Shown here piece by piece: positions 6,684 to 16,522 of a DNA stretch of 64,000 bases. A program made the position numbers and the translations under genes. The DNA comes from a virus (taxonomy: Duplodnaviria > Caudoviricetes). The stretch spans positions 31,655-95,654 of the IMG/VR virus record IMGVR_UViG_3300014204_000139; one strand, given 5' to 3'. The notes under the pieces were generated by a model. The model was not told the DNA's origin, searched no databases, and worked only from the letters and a program-made list of their open reading frames with translations. The stretch's first letter is position 1; the number at the start of each line of letters is the position of its first letter.

Positions 6684-7094
6684 TTATTCCACTGTTATTC
6701 CTTCTTGTTCTGCAATAATTTTTAGTAGTTGTAAGGTAGGTATACCTTTAAAAGCAGCATCAATCAACCATTTCAACATTGTATCTTCAGAATGATGATG
6801 CCACCATTCAACCCAATTTATCATTCCCCATAAACCTCTTGGTTTTTCACCTAGTTTTTTTCTATCACTATCTTTTAGATCAATTGGATGGGGGATTCGA
6901 AAGAATCCTGTTTTTGGCGGGATTATAGGATCATAAGACAATGTATTGTAGAACTCAAATGGTTGACATTCACCATACATATGAATCTTTGGACATTTAT
7001 CATTACAGAGGTAAAGATCCCCTTGTTGCCACGGAGCAATTTCATCAAACTTATTCTTTAAAGCTTTATAATACTTAATCTCTTCTTCAGTCAT
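6684..7094 (-). CDS. hypothetical protein
   Basis: 136-aa ORF with GGAG RBS. Confidence 0.65.
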   Translation of the reverse strand: MTEEEIKYYKALKNKFDEIAPWQQGDLYLCNDKCPKIHMYGECQPFEFYNTLSYDPIIPPKTGFFRIPHPIDLKDSDRKKLGEKPRGLWGMINWVEWWHHHSEDTMLKWLIDAAFKGIPTLQLLKIIAEQEGITVE

Positions 7095-7345
7095 GTTTTT
7101 ACTACTCCTTCAACTCTATCCATTAAGAATCTCCATTCCTTTAGAGCGTTTTCAAACATTTCTTTTAGTTTTTGATTTTCAAGTTCTAATGATTTTACAT
7201 CCTCATATCTTACAAACTCGCCATGTTGTGATAACTTCATGTGAGCTCCATTTTTTGAACTTTCCCATAAATCAAATCTATTCATTTTTTGTCTCCTTTT
7301 AAAAACAAAAAGAATATTATCGTGTCTAACACACGACATACTCAA
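7091..7345 (-). CDS. hypothetical protein (probable start at MNRFDLW, 7285)
   Basis: AGGAG RBS precedes the internal Met. Confidence 0.55.
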   Translation of the reverse strand: MSMSCVRHDNILFVFKRRQKMNRFDLWESSKNGAHMKLSQHGEFVRYEDVKSLELENQKLKEMFENALKEWRFLMDRVEGVVKT

Positions 7346-7386
7346 AAAATATTCAAGAGTTAGATTCTAAATTACTTTTCTCAAAT

Positions 7387-7400
7387 ATTAATATATTTAG
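7387..7400 (-). promoter_or_regulatory. putative early-class promoter CTAAATATATTAAT
   Basis: Recurring motif at a divergent junction. Confidence 0.55.
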
Positions 7401-7443
7401 CAGTCATTTTTATAATGAATTTTTAGTCTTTTTCTTTAAACCT

Positions 7444-7453
7444 TAGAACAAAT
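7444..7453 (+). promoter_or_regulatory. putative late-class promoter TAGAACAAAT
   Basis: Recurring motif upstream of the 7543 gene. Confidence 0.6.
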
Positions 7454-7542
7454 ATATGATGGATAAAACCATCAAAAAATCCAACCGACTTTAAAAATAA
7501 AAATGAGTTTAGTCGGTACTCAGTAAAAAGGAGGTAGTAAAA

Positions 7543-8340
7543 ATGATGTATAATTCAGGTCTTGTGGTAGTTGTCAAAAGTAATGGTAAAATTCTAAGAG
7601 AAGATAAAGATTTGGTTTTCTTACCATTCAATTCAGAGTATTCAATTCTTTTAAAAAATTTAGATTCCAGAAAAGCTTTAGTTAATGTTTCAATTGATGG
7701 TCAAGATGTATTAGATAATAAAAGTCTAATCTTAGATCCAAATAGTAAAAGAGAAATTAAGGGTTTTCTAAATGGAATGTCTGCAAAAAATAGATTTAAA
7801 TTTATTAAGAAAACAGAAGAAATTTCTGAATATCGAGGTGATAGAATCGATGATGGAATTATCAGAGTTGAGTATTGGTTTGAGAAAGTAATTGAAAAGA
7901 AACAAATAATAACAGAATATATTACATCCTATCCATATCCTTCCTTCCCACCAGTTTTTTATAATTCAAGCGGAATTTATGGTAGTTCTGAAGGAAATAA
8001 TTTAAGATCTTCTACAAGGTCAATTAATGTAAATTCAACAATAACAAAAAGTTTAAGTAATTCAGAAATAAATTCTTCGCTATCTACTAATTTTCAACCT
8101 CAAGAAGAAGGAATAACCGTTAAAGGTTCAGAGGTCTTTCAACAATTTAGTTATGGAACTATTGGATCTTTAGAAGATAATTCAAAGGTTATAATTTTAA
8201 AGCTAATTGGTACTAAACAATCTGGAAAAATAGTACAAGAACCAATAACAATTCAAACAAAAAAAATATGTCCAACATGCGGAAGAAGATCTAAATCTTA
8301 TGCTAAACATTGTTCAAATTGTGGCACATTTCTAGATTAA
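7543..8340 (+). CDS. hypothetical protein with C-terminal zinc ribbon
   Basis: AGGAGG RBS; CPTCG...CSNCG at the C-terminus. Confidence 0.8.
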   Translation: MMYNSGLVVVVKSNGKILREDKDLVFLPFNSEYSILLKNLDSRKALVNVSIDGQDVLDNKSLILDPNSKREIKGFLNGMSAKNRFKFIKKTEEISEYRGDRIDDGIIRVEYWFEKVIEKKQIITEYITSYPYPSFPPVFYNSSGIYGSSEGNNLRSSTRSINVNSTITKSLSNSEINSSLSTNFQPQEEGITVKGSEVFQQFSYGTIGSLEDNSKVIILKLIGTKQSGKIVQEPITIQTKKICPTCGRRSKSYAKHCSNCGTFLD

Positions 8341-8343
8341 TTT

Positions 8344-8385
8344 TTAAACCCTCTCATTTATATCACTATAAATGAGAGGGTTTAA
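8344..8385. terminator. bidirectional terminator hairpin
   Basis: 19-bp inverted repeat between convergent genes. Confidence 0.8.
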
Positions 8386-8389
8386 TCCG

Positions 8390-9595
8390 TTAGATTGCTG
8401 CTTGAAGTTGCTCTATCATATTTTTTATTTTCTCTCTTACCATATTCTCAGCAATTTCATTGACTCGTTTCTCAACCATGTCATTGGTAATATCAGAAAT
8501 CTTAAATCTCATTTGTTTGACGATATTCTCAATTCCATTCGCTATAATTTCATCGAATGGATTTTCATTTTTGAGAGTTTCATCAACTTGTTTTTCAACA
8601 ACTGGGATTGGAGTATCAACTTGTTTTTCAACAACTGGGATTGGTGTTTCTTTTTCTACTTCAGGTTTACTCTCAAGATCATTTCCTTCCTTTTTTAGTA
8701 TCCTCCATCCTTTAAATCTGTCGTTTTTACTTCCCGGTTGAAGTGATAGATGCCCCATTATAAATAGTTCATCACAACACCTTTCACAAAGAAATTTAGA
8801 AATATTATGTTTTTCTGCATAATATTCAATTGAATAAAAGTAGTGACCGCTATCATCAACTTGTGTAAACCAATTTAGAATTTCCGTGCGGAGGGTGAAA
8901 ATCTCATTAATTCTAACCTGTCCAAATTCTGGATTAGTAATAGAAATAATCCTATGAGCTTTTTTGGTTCTGTCAATTTTTATAAATCCTGAAAATTCAA
9001 AATAGTTCAAACACGTTGATGTGAAACCAAAAGATCTTCTGGTCTCATTGGAAATTTCTTTAACTGTTTTAAAACCTGAAAATATAGCTTTAATAGTTAG
9101 GTATTCAAACCATTTTCTTTCACCACTGCTATATGTTCCGTTTATATAATTTTCTAGTGCTTTATTTGTAATTTCTTCTGTCATAACCTTTTTCTCCTCT
9201 TCAATTTTTTGTTGTTTTACAAGTTTATAACTATCCTTGTATCTTTTAATTATTCCTGCCTTCACCATCCTATTCAGGACCTTTCTGCAGCATTTCGGAG
9301 AATATCCACAAGCTGAAACACAGCTTTTAATCTGTTCTTTGTTTGCAACATAAATCTGTCCGATATAATTTGTAATTATCGGAATGATTTTCATAATTTG
9401 AGAATATTTATTCTCTTCTAATTTTACTATTAATCTGCTTCTTTCCAACCTTTCAAGCTTCAAATCCAGGTCTGGAATACCTTCAAAAAACTCTGTAGTA
9501 ATAATACTTCCATTTGATAAGTTCTCCGATCCCAGTCTTTGAATAAGTTGTAGCACTTTTATTCTCCTTTCAAAAAAATAATTTTTTATATTCAA
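8390..9595 (-). CDS. putative multi-winged-helix DNA-binding protein (likely GTG start at 9557)
   Basis: Repeated wHTH-like endings (L.R..LI, MVKAGII, FEFSGFI, LFIMGHL); AGGAG before GTG. Confidence 0.55.
   Translation of the reverse strand: MNIKNYFFERRIKVLQLIQRLGSENLSNGSIITTEFFEGIPDLDLKLERLERSRLIVKLEENKYSQIMKIIPIITNYIGQIYVANKEQIKSCVSACGYSPKCCRKVLNRMVKAGIIKRYKDSYKLVKQQKIEEEKKVMTEEITNKALENYINGTYSSGERKWFEYLTIKAIFSGFKTVKEISNETRRSFGFTSTCLNYFEFSGFIKIDRTKKAHRIISITNPEFGQVRINEIFTLRTEILNWFTQVDDSGHYFYSIEYYAEKHNISKFLCERCCDELFIMGHLSLQPGSKNDRFKGWRILKKEGNDLESKPEVEKETPIPVVEKQVDTPIPVVEKQVDETLKNENPFDEIIANGIENIVKQMRFKISDITNDMVEKRVNEIAENMVREKIKNMIEQLQAAI
8582..8644. repeat. 33-bp-period tandem duplication encoding TPIPVVEKQVD x2
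   Basis: ATCAACTTGTTTTTCAACAACTGGGATTGG at 8582-8611 and 8615-8644. Confidence 0.9.
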
Positions 9596-9597
9596 AT

Positions 9598-9612
9598 ATT
9601 AATATATATAGT
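9598..9612 (-). promoter_or_regulatory. putative early-class promoter ACTATATATATTAAT
   Basis: Recurring motif at a divergent junction. Confidence 0.55.
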
Positions 9613-9654
9613 TAGATTCTTTTTAAAAGTATTTTTCTAATCTGATCAGAATTA

Positions 9655-9664
9655 TAGAACAAAT
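9655..9664 (+). promoter_or_regulatory. putative late-class promoter TAGAACAAAT
   Basis: Upstream of the tail/sheath operon. Confidence 0.65.
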
Positions 9665-9682
9665 AATAAATCTAAACTTCAT

Positions 9683-10384
9683 ATGTTTAAAAATAGAAGG
9701 ATTTATAAAAATATGGATAAAGAAAAAAATTTAGTTGTAGAAATTACAGATAACTATGGAGATTGCTTATCCGATAAAATTATTGGTAGTAGCAATAAAA
9801 ACTCAGAGAGACCAAAAGGTTTTGTTGAAATATATGAACTAACAGAAAAAAATAAAAAACGATTAATTGATAAACAAAATCTTGTAGTAAATCTTGGAAG
9901 AGAATGGTTGTTATCAAGAGCATTTAATGAAGCAAATACATCAATTGTTCCTTTACCATCGGAATTTATTACTTGGTTTGGAGTTGGAAATGGCGGATGT
10001 CCAATAGCAGATCCATTAAATCCTACTTCTCCAACAAATTTAGATACCGATTTAGCTAATTCAGTTATGATTAATGCAACAGATTCAACTTGTGCAGATT
10101 TTAGATTAACTCCAGATTCAGGATATTATAAACATCCATTTGATTCACTTACTTTTGAGCAAGATGGGGATAATAGCAATTCTTGGTTAATAATTAAAGT
10201 TTCAACTACATTAGATGCTGATGACGGAAATGATTTTAATTTAAATGAAGCAGGTCTGTTTACTGCAGCAAGTGGAGGCGGAGGATACTCTGGTAATTTT
10301 AATTTATACGCTAGAGTAACATTTCCATCTATTGTTAAAACAGCTGCAAGACAATTACTATTCGTTTGGTATGTATATTTTTAA
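9683..10384 (+). CDS. tail/baseplate structural protein (tail-fibre-attachment-like)
   Basis: NLVVNLGREWL, FGVGNG, NEAGLF, ARVTFP motifs; precedes the sheath gene. Confidence 0.65.
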   Translation: MFKNRRIYKNMDKEKNLVVEITDNYGDCLSDKIIGSSNKNSERPKGFVEIYELTEKNKKRLIDKQNLVVNLGREWLLSRAFNEANTSIVPLPSEFITWFGVGNGGCPIADPLNPTSPTNLDTDLANSVMINATDSTCADFRLTPDSGYYKHPFDSLTFEQDGDNSNSWLIIKVSTTLDADDGNDFNLNEAGLFTAASGGGGYSGNFNLYARVTFPSIVKTAARQLLFVWYVYF

Positions 10385-10458
10385 TATAGAATTGTAGGAA
10401 AGGAATAAACTAAAATAGAAGATAAAAAAATAAAAAAATAGAAATAGGAATAAATAAA

Positions 10459-12435
10459 ATGAATGTAAGTCCTGGTGTTTATAGTAAAATAATTGATATA
10501 TCTGATTATGTTCAATCTGTACCTAGTACAATTGGTTGTTTAATGGCTCTAACTAAAAAAGGAAAAGATAATCAATTTAGCTTTGTAGGGAGTCGTTCTG
10601 AGTTAATTTCAGGATGGGGTGAACCAAACATCAATGATTACGGAAAAAATTATGGACAGGGATTATATGAAGCATATAACTTTTTAGGTGAATCTGGTGC
10701 TCTTTATTTTATGAGATGTTTACCAGATGATGCTACATTCGCTTGTATTAGAATAGATGCTAGTTTAGCTCCAGCTGATTCCACTGCAGCAATTTCAATT
10801 AGTTATGTTGATAGTTTAAACACAATTGATGAAATCAAAACGGGTTTAGCAACTGCAGGAACTACTTTTCCATTATGTATGTTATATCCAATAGGAAGAG
10901 GTGAATATTACAATGCAATTTCTATTAGATTAACAGAATACTCTAATCCAATGGTTAATGGGGTTTATGTATTAGATATTTATGAAAAACAATCAGATGG
11001 TGATGATGTAATTATAGAATCATTTGAGGTTTCTTTTGATCCAAAAGCAGTTGATAGATCTGGAGATTCAATTTTTATTGCTTATATTTTAGAAACATAC
11101 TCTTCAATTCTTAGATGTGAAATGGTTTTAGCTAGTGGAGATTACACTAGTGGTTATAATCTTGTTAGTAGAATTTATGATAAAGATATTGGTACCGTTT
11201 CTATTGTTGAAACCGCAGCTTCAGCAGAAATAATTGATAACAAACAATTATTCACAGATTGGGAAAATAGTGGTGAAACAGGTAATGCAACATACATGGT
11301 AATTGCAAAAGATGCAAAAGGTAATTCCATTTATGGCTGGTTAGGTCAGGCTACAGGAACAGATAATGATAGAATCAATGTTTGGGACGGAAGAAATTTA
11401 TCTACTGCATCAAGAGGATGGATAGGAGATATTACATTATTTGATAATTCAAGTATAATTACTTATGAAATTAAAAAATCTAATACTTCAATAACTGATG
11501 CATTTATTTCTTCAACACCAGTTCCATTTAAGAAAGGAACAGATGGTACACTTCTAGATTCAGTTGGAAGTTTGGATACTACGGTTGCAACCCAAGTTTT
11601 AGCAGAAGCATATGCAGGAACATTAATAAATCCAATTACTGGATTAGTTGAAGATTTAATTACCGATACAGAAAATGTTTATTTTAGTATGGTTTTTGAT
11701 GCTGGTTATCCTGCAAGTGTTAAATCACAAATTTCAACTCTAGTACAAACCAGAAGAGATTGTGTTGCTATTATTGATAATGGTGATAATGCAACATATA
11801 ACTTAGCAATTTCTGCTAGAAATAATACTAATACATTTAATAACTACTATACTGCTATTTATGAATGTTATAATAAAGTGTATGATATCTTTACAGGGCA
11901 GGATATTTGGGTTAGTCCAATTTACCATATGTCTTATATTCTTCCTAGAAATGATAGTGTTAGTGAATTATGGAATGCTGCTGCAGGATTTAATAGAGCT
12001 TCAATAGATACAATTAAAGAATTAAGATATAATGCTAAGGTTGGTCAGAGAGATGGTTTTTATTTAACACAACTTAATGATATTGTTAAGTTTAGTTCTG
12101 GTTATGTTGTTTGGTCCCAGTTAACAAGTCAAGCTAAAGCTTCTGCAATGCAAGATTTAAATATAGTTCGATTAGTTTTATATTGTAAGAGAAGTCTTGA
12201 GAATTTTGCTAAATTTTATATATTCGAAATGAATGACCAAATTACATGGAATAAATTTAATAATGAAATAGTAGGATTTCTTGAAGATGTTAAAAGAAGA
12301 AGAGGTTTATACTCATATAGTACAGACACATCTGCAACTGCATATGAAAGAAAAACAAAAACCTTCCATTCAAATATTATTTTAGAACCTACACGTACTA
12401 CAGAGCAAATTAAATTAAACTTTTATGTTAAATAA
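10459..12435 (+). CDS. contractile tail sheath protein
   Basis: SPGVYS N-terminus; W.AAAGFNR, WSQLT, LNIVRL, FEMND..TW, P.RT.EQI C-terminal sheath motifs. Confidence 0.93.
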   Translation: MNVSPGVYSKIIDISDYVQSVPSTIGCLMALTKKGKDNQFSFVGSRSELISGWGEPNINDYGKNYGQGLYEAYNFLGESGALYFMRCLPDDATFACIRIDASLAPADSTAAISISYVDSLNTIDEIKTGLATAGTTFPLCMLYPIGRGEYYNAISIRLTEYSNPMVNGVYVLDIYEKQSDGDDVIIESFEVSFDPKAVDRSGDSIFIAYILETYSSILRCEMVLASGDYTSGYNLVSRIYDKDIGTVSIVETAASAEIIDNKQLFTDWENSGETGNATYMVIAKDAKGNSIYGWLGQATGTDNDRINVWDGRNLSTASRGWIGDITLFDNSSIITYEIKKSNTSITDAFISSTPVPFKKGTDGTLLDSVGSLDTTVATQVLAEAYAGTLINPITGLVEDLITDTENVYFSMVFDAGYPASVKSQISTLVQTRRDCVAIIDNGDNATYNLAISARNNTNTFNNYYTAIYECYNKVYDIFTGQDIWVSPIYHMSYILPRNDSVSELWNAAAGFNRASIDTIKELRYNAKVGQRDGFYLTQLNDIVKFSSGYVVWSQLTSQAKASAMQDLNIVRLVLYCKRSLENFAKFYIFEMNDQITWNKFNNEIVGFLEDVKRRRGLYSYSTDTSATAYERKTKTFHSNIILEPTRTTEQIKLNFYVK

Positions 12436-12456
12436 ATAATTTATACAAAAAAATAA

Positions 12457-12500
12457 TAAAAATGGAGTTAAGCTATAACTAAAGCTTAACTCCATTTTTA
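12457..12500. terminator. bidirectional terminator hairpin
   Basis: 18-bp inverted repeat between convergent operons. Confidence 0.8.
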
Positions 12501-12509
12501 CCGTAATAT

Positions 12510-12749
12510 TTATTTTCCGGGAGGTATCTCAACACCTATCCCATTATATATTTTATCTATTGCATCAATTTTAAAATAAGCTTCTTTATATTCTTTTGCA
12601 TCATTTTTTGCTGAAGTTAGTTTTTCAATTAGAAGATTAACTTGGCCTTCTGTTAATTCACATAATGCAGTACCAATTAGTAATATAATCTTTCCTTTAG
12701 GAGAAATCTTTACCCTAACATTTCTAATAGCGTCTGATTCAGTTCCCAT
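12510..12749 (-). CDS. hypothetical protein
   Basis: 79-aa ORF at operon end. Confidence 0.6.
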   Translation of the reverse strand: MGTESDAIRNVRVKISPKGKIILLIGTALCELTEGQVNLLIEKLTSAKNDAKEYKEAYFKIDAIDKIYNGIGVEIPPGK

Positions 12750-12755
12750 AAAAGT

Positions 12756-13169
12756 TTATCCATCTCTCCAAGCTTCTTCTATAAATGCTAATTCGTTCTC
12801 TTTTACAATAATTCCATAACTTGCAAGTTCTGAAATAATTTCTTTCTTAAAATCTCCCAGTGTTTGATTATCTTGCATATTTACAGGTGATGCAGCAATC
12901 ATAATATAATCAGAACCATAACAACCAAAAGAAAAATTAAGAATCGTACTATAAAAATTATCTGAAATATTATATCTTAGATTTTTTTTGTCTTCTATAA
13001 ATTTTTCATAATTAATAGATACATCATAATATTTACTTGTTTTGTAGTTTTCAAAACATCTCTTTAAAAATAATTCATTTTTAAAAATATTACTATTTTC
13101 TATTTCAACTCCCCATCCAATAAAAGATGTTGTACTTGAGTTTGTAACAAAATCTAACTTTCTTCTCAT
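12756..13169 (-). CDS. DFVTNSS-motif protein 1
   Basis: Starts MRRKLDFVTNSSTTSFI. Confidence 0.85.
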   Translation of the reverse strand: MRRKLDFVTNSSTTSFIGWGVEIENSNIFKNELFLKRCFENYKTSKYYDVSINYEKFIEDKKNLRYNISDNFYSTILNFSFGCYGSDYIMIAASPVNMQDNQTLGDFKKEIISELASYGIIVKENELAFIEEAWRDG

Positions 13170-13190
13170 AAAAATGTATAAAATCTCCTC

Positions 13191-13706
13191 TTAGTGCGTA
13201 TCAACCACTTCAATTTTTACTTTATTGATGTCAAACTTTTTTAAATTTGTTTCTCTATAAATTAAGTATAGCATCCAATCTGGAACATCTTGAAAAAAAT
13301 CATTATACATACTTGTATCATGAGTAACAGTAAAGAAATTTTCAAACTTTATATCAAAATTCATTTCTCCTAATAACGTTCTTTTTATTTGGTCATCTGT
13401 AGCTAATAAACTAGCTTTTTCATCAAAATGTTTATATATCAAATCATAAAATAATTCGTCTCTCTTATCCGCTTCTCCTTTCTCAATTTTTTCTTCTAAT
13501 TCTTTTTTGCTTTTTATGTGTTTTTTAGTAGCATCCTTATATTTTTCAACTTTTTTATCTAAACTTTCAGAATTAATTTCTATATAATAATCTATATATT
13601 TATTCCACAATTTAATAAATTCATTTAAAGTTTTTGCTTCACAATTTACATATAAAATAAATGAGGCACTTGATGAATTAGTTATAAAATCTGTTTTTAC
13701 TTTCAT
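13191..13706 (-). CDS. DFVTNSS-motif protein 2 (start re-assigned to 13706)
   Basis: Starts MKVKTDFITNSSSASFI. Confidence 0.85.
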   Translation of the reverse strand: MKVKTDFITNSSSASFILYVNCEAKTLNEFIKLWNKYIDYYIEINSESLDKKVEKYKDATKKHIKSKKELEEKIEKGEADKRDELFYDLIYKHFDEKASLLATDDQIKRTLLGEMNFDIKFENFFTVTHDTSMYNDFFQDVPDWMLYLIYRETNLKKFDINKVKIEVVDTH

Positions 13707-13707
13707 A

Positions 13708-14241
13708 TTAATGTTCACTATTTTCTAAATTTGGAAGTTGATTAAAAGTGCCACCGTGTTCCATGTCGCTAAAAAACCCCCCACCTTCATCTGAATAACA
13801 AAAAGTATATATAAAACCTTTTTTATTTTCTAAAATAAAATCTTTTAAATCATCATCTGAGACTCTTAAAGTTGTATAATTATCAGAAAAATGTTTTATT
13901 ATTTTCATTACAATATAATCAACTTGTGCAACTGGAATTATTAGACTAGGATAAAAATTTGCACTTTTTTCTTTTATTTCTTCAATAATAGAATTAACAA
14001 AATCAGGATCAAATCTATCTAATAAAATTGATTCAACTAAATCCATAAAATTAACATCAGCAAAAGTTTTACTAAGATCTATTTCTATTGGAATTTGTTC
14101 CATTGAATCTCTAAAAACCTGTTTTGCTTTTTCTAAAGCCATATAAGGACTTACATCATCTATAGACTCAATCTTTTTTGGAAATAAAACTATGAAGCTT
14201 GTTGAACTTGAATTAGTTACGAAATCATACTTTATTTTCAT
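13708..14241 (-). CDS. DFVTNSS-motif protein 3
   Basis: Starts MKIKYDFVTNSSSTSFI. Confidence 0.85.
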   Translation of the reverse strand: MKIKYDFVTNSSSTSFIVLFPKKIESIDDVSPYMALEKAKQVFRDSMEQIPIEIDLSKTFADVNFMDLVESILLDRFDPDFVNSIIEEIKEKSANFYPSLIIPVAQVDYIVMKIIKHFSDNYTTLRVSDDDLKDFILENKKGFIYTFCYSDEGGGFFSDMEHGGTFNQLPNLENSEH

Positions 14242-14588
14242 TAATAACCGCCATCACCAATTATAACTTCAAAATCTTTTCCAAAATTTAATTTATTAAT
14301 TCCATTATTTACCATAAAAATCTCAAGAGGATCATCTGATTCTGAAGAAGCCTCAATTAATAAAATTTCTCCGTTACTATTTATAACATTCTTCATTTTT
14401 TCAAAATCTGTGTAATCTTTAAAATTTTGTTTTAATTGATCAATATCTCTAATTTTATCACTAACATATCTATCTAGATCAATCTCAATCTCAATTTTTA
14501 TTTTTCCTAATTTTTCATTTCTATTTGTATGACCTATAATAAAACAAGCGCTGCTTGAATTGGTTACAAAATCTGTTTTTCTTTTCAA
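14241..14588 (-). CDS. DFVTNSS-motif protein 4 (TTG start at 14588)
   Basis: GGAG-6nt-TTG gives MKRKTDFVTNSSSACFI. Confidence 0.8.
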   Translation of the reverse strand: MKRKTDFVTNSSSACFIIGHTNRNEKLGKIKIEIEIDLDRYVSDKIRDIDQLKQNFKDYTDFEKMKNVINSNGEILLIEASSESDDPLEIFMVNNGINKLNFGKDFEVIIGDGGY

Positions 14589-14860
14589 TGATCGCTCCAC
14601 TTAATCTTTTTTTCATCAACGTGAATTAATTCTAAAAATTCACGCATATTAAAATTATCTAAAAATGTAGATAATTTTAATGCTTCTCCCAAATCTTCAA
14701 TATACCATTTGTCTTCTTCTGCATATTGACCCATTCCCATTCTTGTAGCATAATATAAGTGATTTTCAATTTTTTTAATTTGATTTGGACTTAAATATTC
14801 TTTTTGAATTATAAATGAGCAACTACTTGAATTTGTTACAAAATCATTCTTGAATTTCAT
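14585..14860 (-). CDS. DFVTNSS-motif protein 5
   Basis: Starts MKFKNDFVTNSSSCSFI. Confidence 0.85.
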   Translation of the reverse strand: MKFKNDFVTNSSSCSFIIQKEYLSPNQIKKIENHLYYATRMGMGQYAEEDKWYIEDLGEALKLSTFLDNFNMREFLELIHVDEKKIKWSDH

Positions 14861-15485
14861 TGAACTTCTTATCCTTATTACAAACTATTACGATATTTTT
14901 TTCAGATTTGCACTGTTTATCAAATTGACCATTACCATTAGATAACTTACAAAGATCTAAACACCATAATTCATATGGACTTAACTTATCTACAATAAAA
15001 GATGGATATTTTTCTGATTTATTTCCTTCACAACAGGGCATCATAATTAAATAATCTGCCCCTGATTTTTTATAAATATCAATAATTGCAATAGCTAGTT
15101 CATCACAAGGATGAACTGATACAATTATAGAAGGATTATTTTCGTTTATTGTTTTAATTAAAATATCTTTTTCTTTTATTATATCTAACTTTATTCTACT
15201 AAAACCTCTGATTTTAGAAAATCCTTGTCTATCTCTATCTTTATTATCAATTGCAACTACATTTTTGACTTTAAATAAATGTGCTATTAAAGAAGAAGTA
15301 ACACAATTACCTGAACACAAATCAAAAATATTATATTTATTAGGATTTGTAACTAAAATCTTTTTAATCCTTTTAATTATAGACATAGATTCAGTAATTT
15401 CTTTTTCAGGTTCAAGAAATGGATATACTGAATTTAAAACATCTCCTGCACATTTTAGTTCTAGAAAATGATTAATAGCACTCAT
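14844..15485 (-). CDS. class I SAM-dependent methyltransferase (Methyltransf_32/Trm13-like)
   Basis: FDLCSGN motif I, VAID, SVHPCDELA, MPCC. Confidence 0.75.
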   Translation of the reverse strand: MSAINHFLELKCAGDVLNSVYPFLEPEKEITESMSIIKRIKKILVTNPNKYNIFDLCSGNCVTSSLIAHLFKVKNVVAIDNKDRDRQGFSKIRGFSRIKLDIIKEKDILIKTINENNPSIIVSVHPCDELAIAIIDIYKKSGADYLIMMPCCEGNKSEKYPSFIVDKLSPYELWCLDLCKLSNGNGQFDKQCKSEKNIVIVCNKDKKFNEIQE

Positions 15486-15502
15486 TTAATCTTCTTTCTT
15501 TA

Positions 15503-16522
15503 TTACAATTCATATGGACAAGACATTGGATTATTGTTTAGTTTATTTCTAAACATTTGAAAAGATGAACCATCATCCCAAATTTTTTGAATTGGTGTTT
15601 CTTTTGTAATTTTCAAACCATATTTGTATTTATCTCCAAAAGAGCATGGCATAAACATCATATCTGGAGAAATATAACAACTCATTCTTGAACCTTCACA
15701 TGTATCAACACAAGTTTTTTCATTTTCGGTCAAATCTCTTACTTGACTAACCTTGTTAATCATACATGAATCACAACCAATTTTAAATTTTGACTTTGGA
15801 TCAAGAAGGTGATTTGCAAACTCTTTTATTTGATCATTATTTAAACATAGATATTTTTTATCTGCACCATTTCCTTGTGGTTTAAATAAAAGAAATACTA
15901 CAGCATTTAATTTATCAATAGGAAATTTTTCATTCCATATATCTTCACCTTTTAAGATTTTAATTGAGTTAAAAAAAGTTTCATTTGAAACTACAAAATG
16001 AATATTAGTTTTAATTTCTTCTTTAATGAATTTATTTAATGCATTATAAGTAAAATCTTTATCATAATTTGAAACTGCAACAGCGCCACATAGTTTACTA
16101 ATTTCAACTTCTTCATCTGTTAAACCATTACCAGATGTAGTATAATTTGGAATTACATTATTCTTTCTGCAATATTCAAGAATTTCTTTAAAATTTTCAT
16201 GTTTATTTGGGTCACCCTTTCCACCTAAAGCGACCTGATTAATATGAGATTTACATTGATCGATAATTGATTTAAAATCTTCTAATTTCATATTTGGTTC
16301 ATTGACATCGCCCTGATAGCAAATTTTACAATTATTTAAGCAATGGCCCATAATACCAATATCAATCATACTAGGAGAATTCAGAACAAATGGATCTGGA
16401 TTTCCATGAATACCAGACAGAACTTCAAAACCATTAAAACCATTAAACAAAATAATATACTTCTCAGTCTCAATCTTCTTAGTAAAAATCATTATAATAC
16501 CTTTCAGAAATATTTTATTCAT
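15503..16522 (-). CDS. radical SAM enzyme with C-terminal twitch/SPASM-like Cys domain
   Basis: CLNNCKIC (CxxxCxxC), ALGGKGDP, TTSG; GCDSC, CEGSRMSCYISPD...PCSF...CP. Confidence 0.9.
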   Translation of the reverse strand: MNKIFLKGIIMIFTKKIETEKYIILFNGFNGFEVLSGIHGNPDPFVLNSPSMIDIGIMGHCLNNCKICYQGDVNEPNMKLEDFKSIIDQCKSHINQVALGGKGDPNKHENFKEILEYCRKNNVIPNYTTSGNGLTDEEVEISKLCGAVAVSNYDKDFTYNALNKFIKEEIKTNIHFVVSNETFFNSIKILKGEDIWNEKFPIDKLNAVVFLLFKPQGNGADKKYLCLNNDQIKEFANHLLDPKSKFKIGCDSCMINKVSQVRDLTENEKTCVDTCEGSRMSCYISPDMMFMPCSFGDKYKYGLKITKETPIQKIWDDGSSFQMFRNKLNNNPMSCPYEL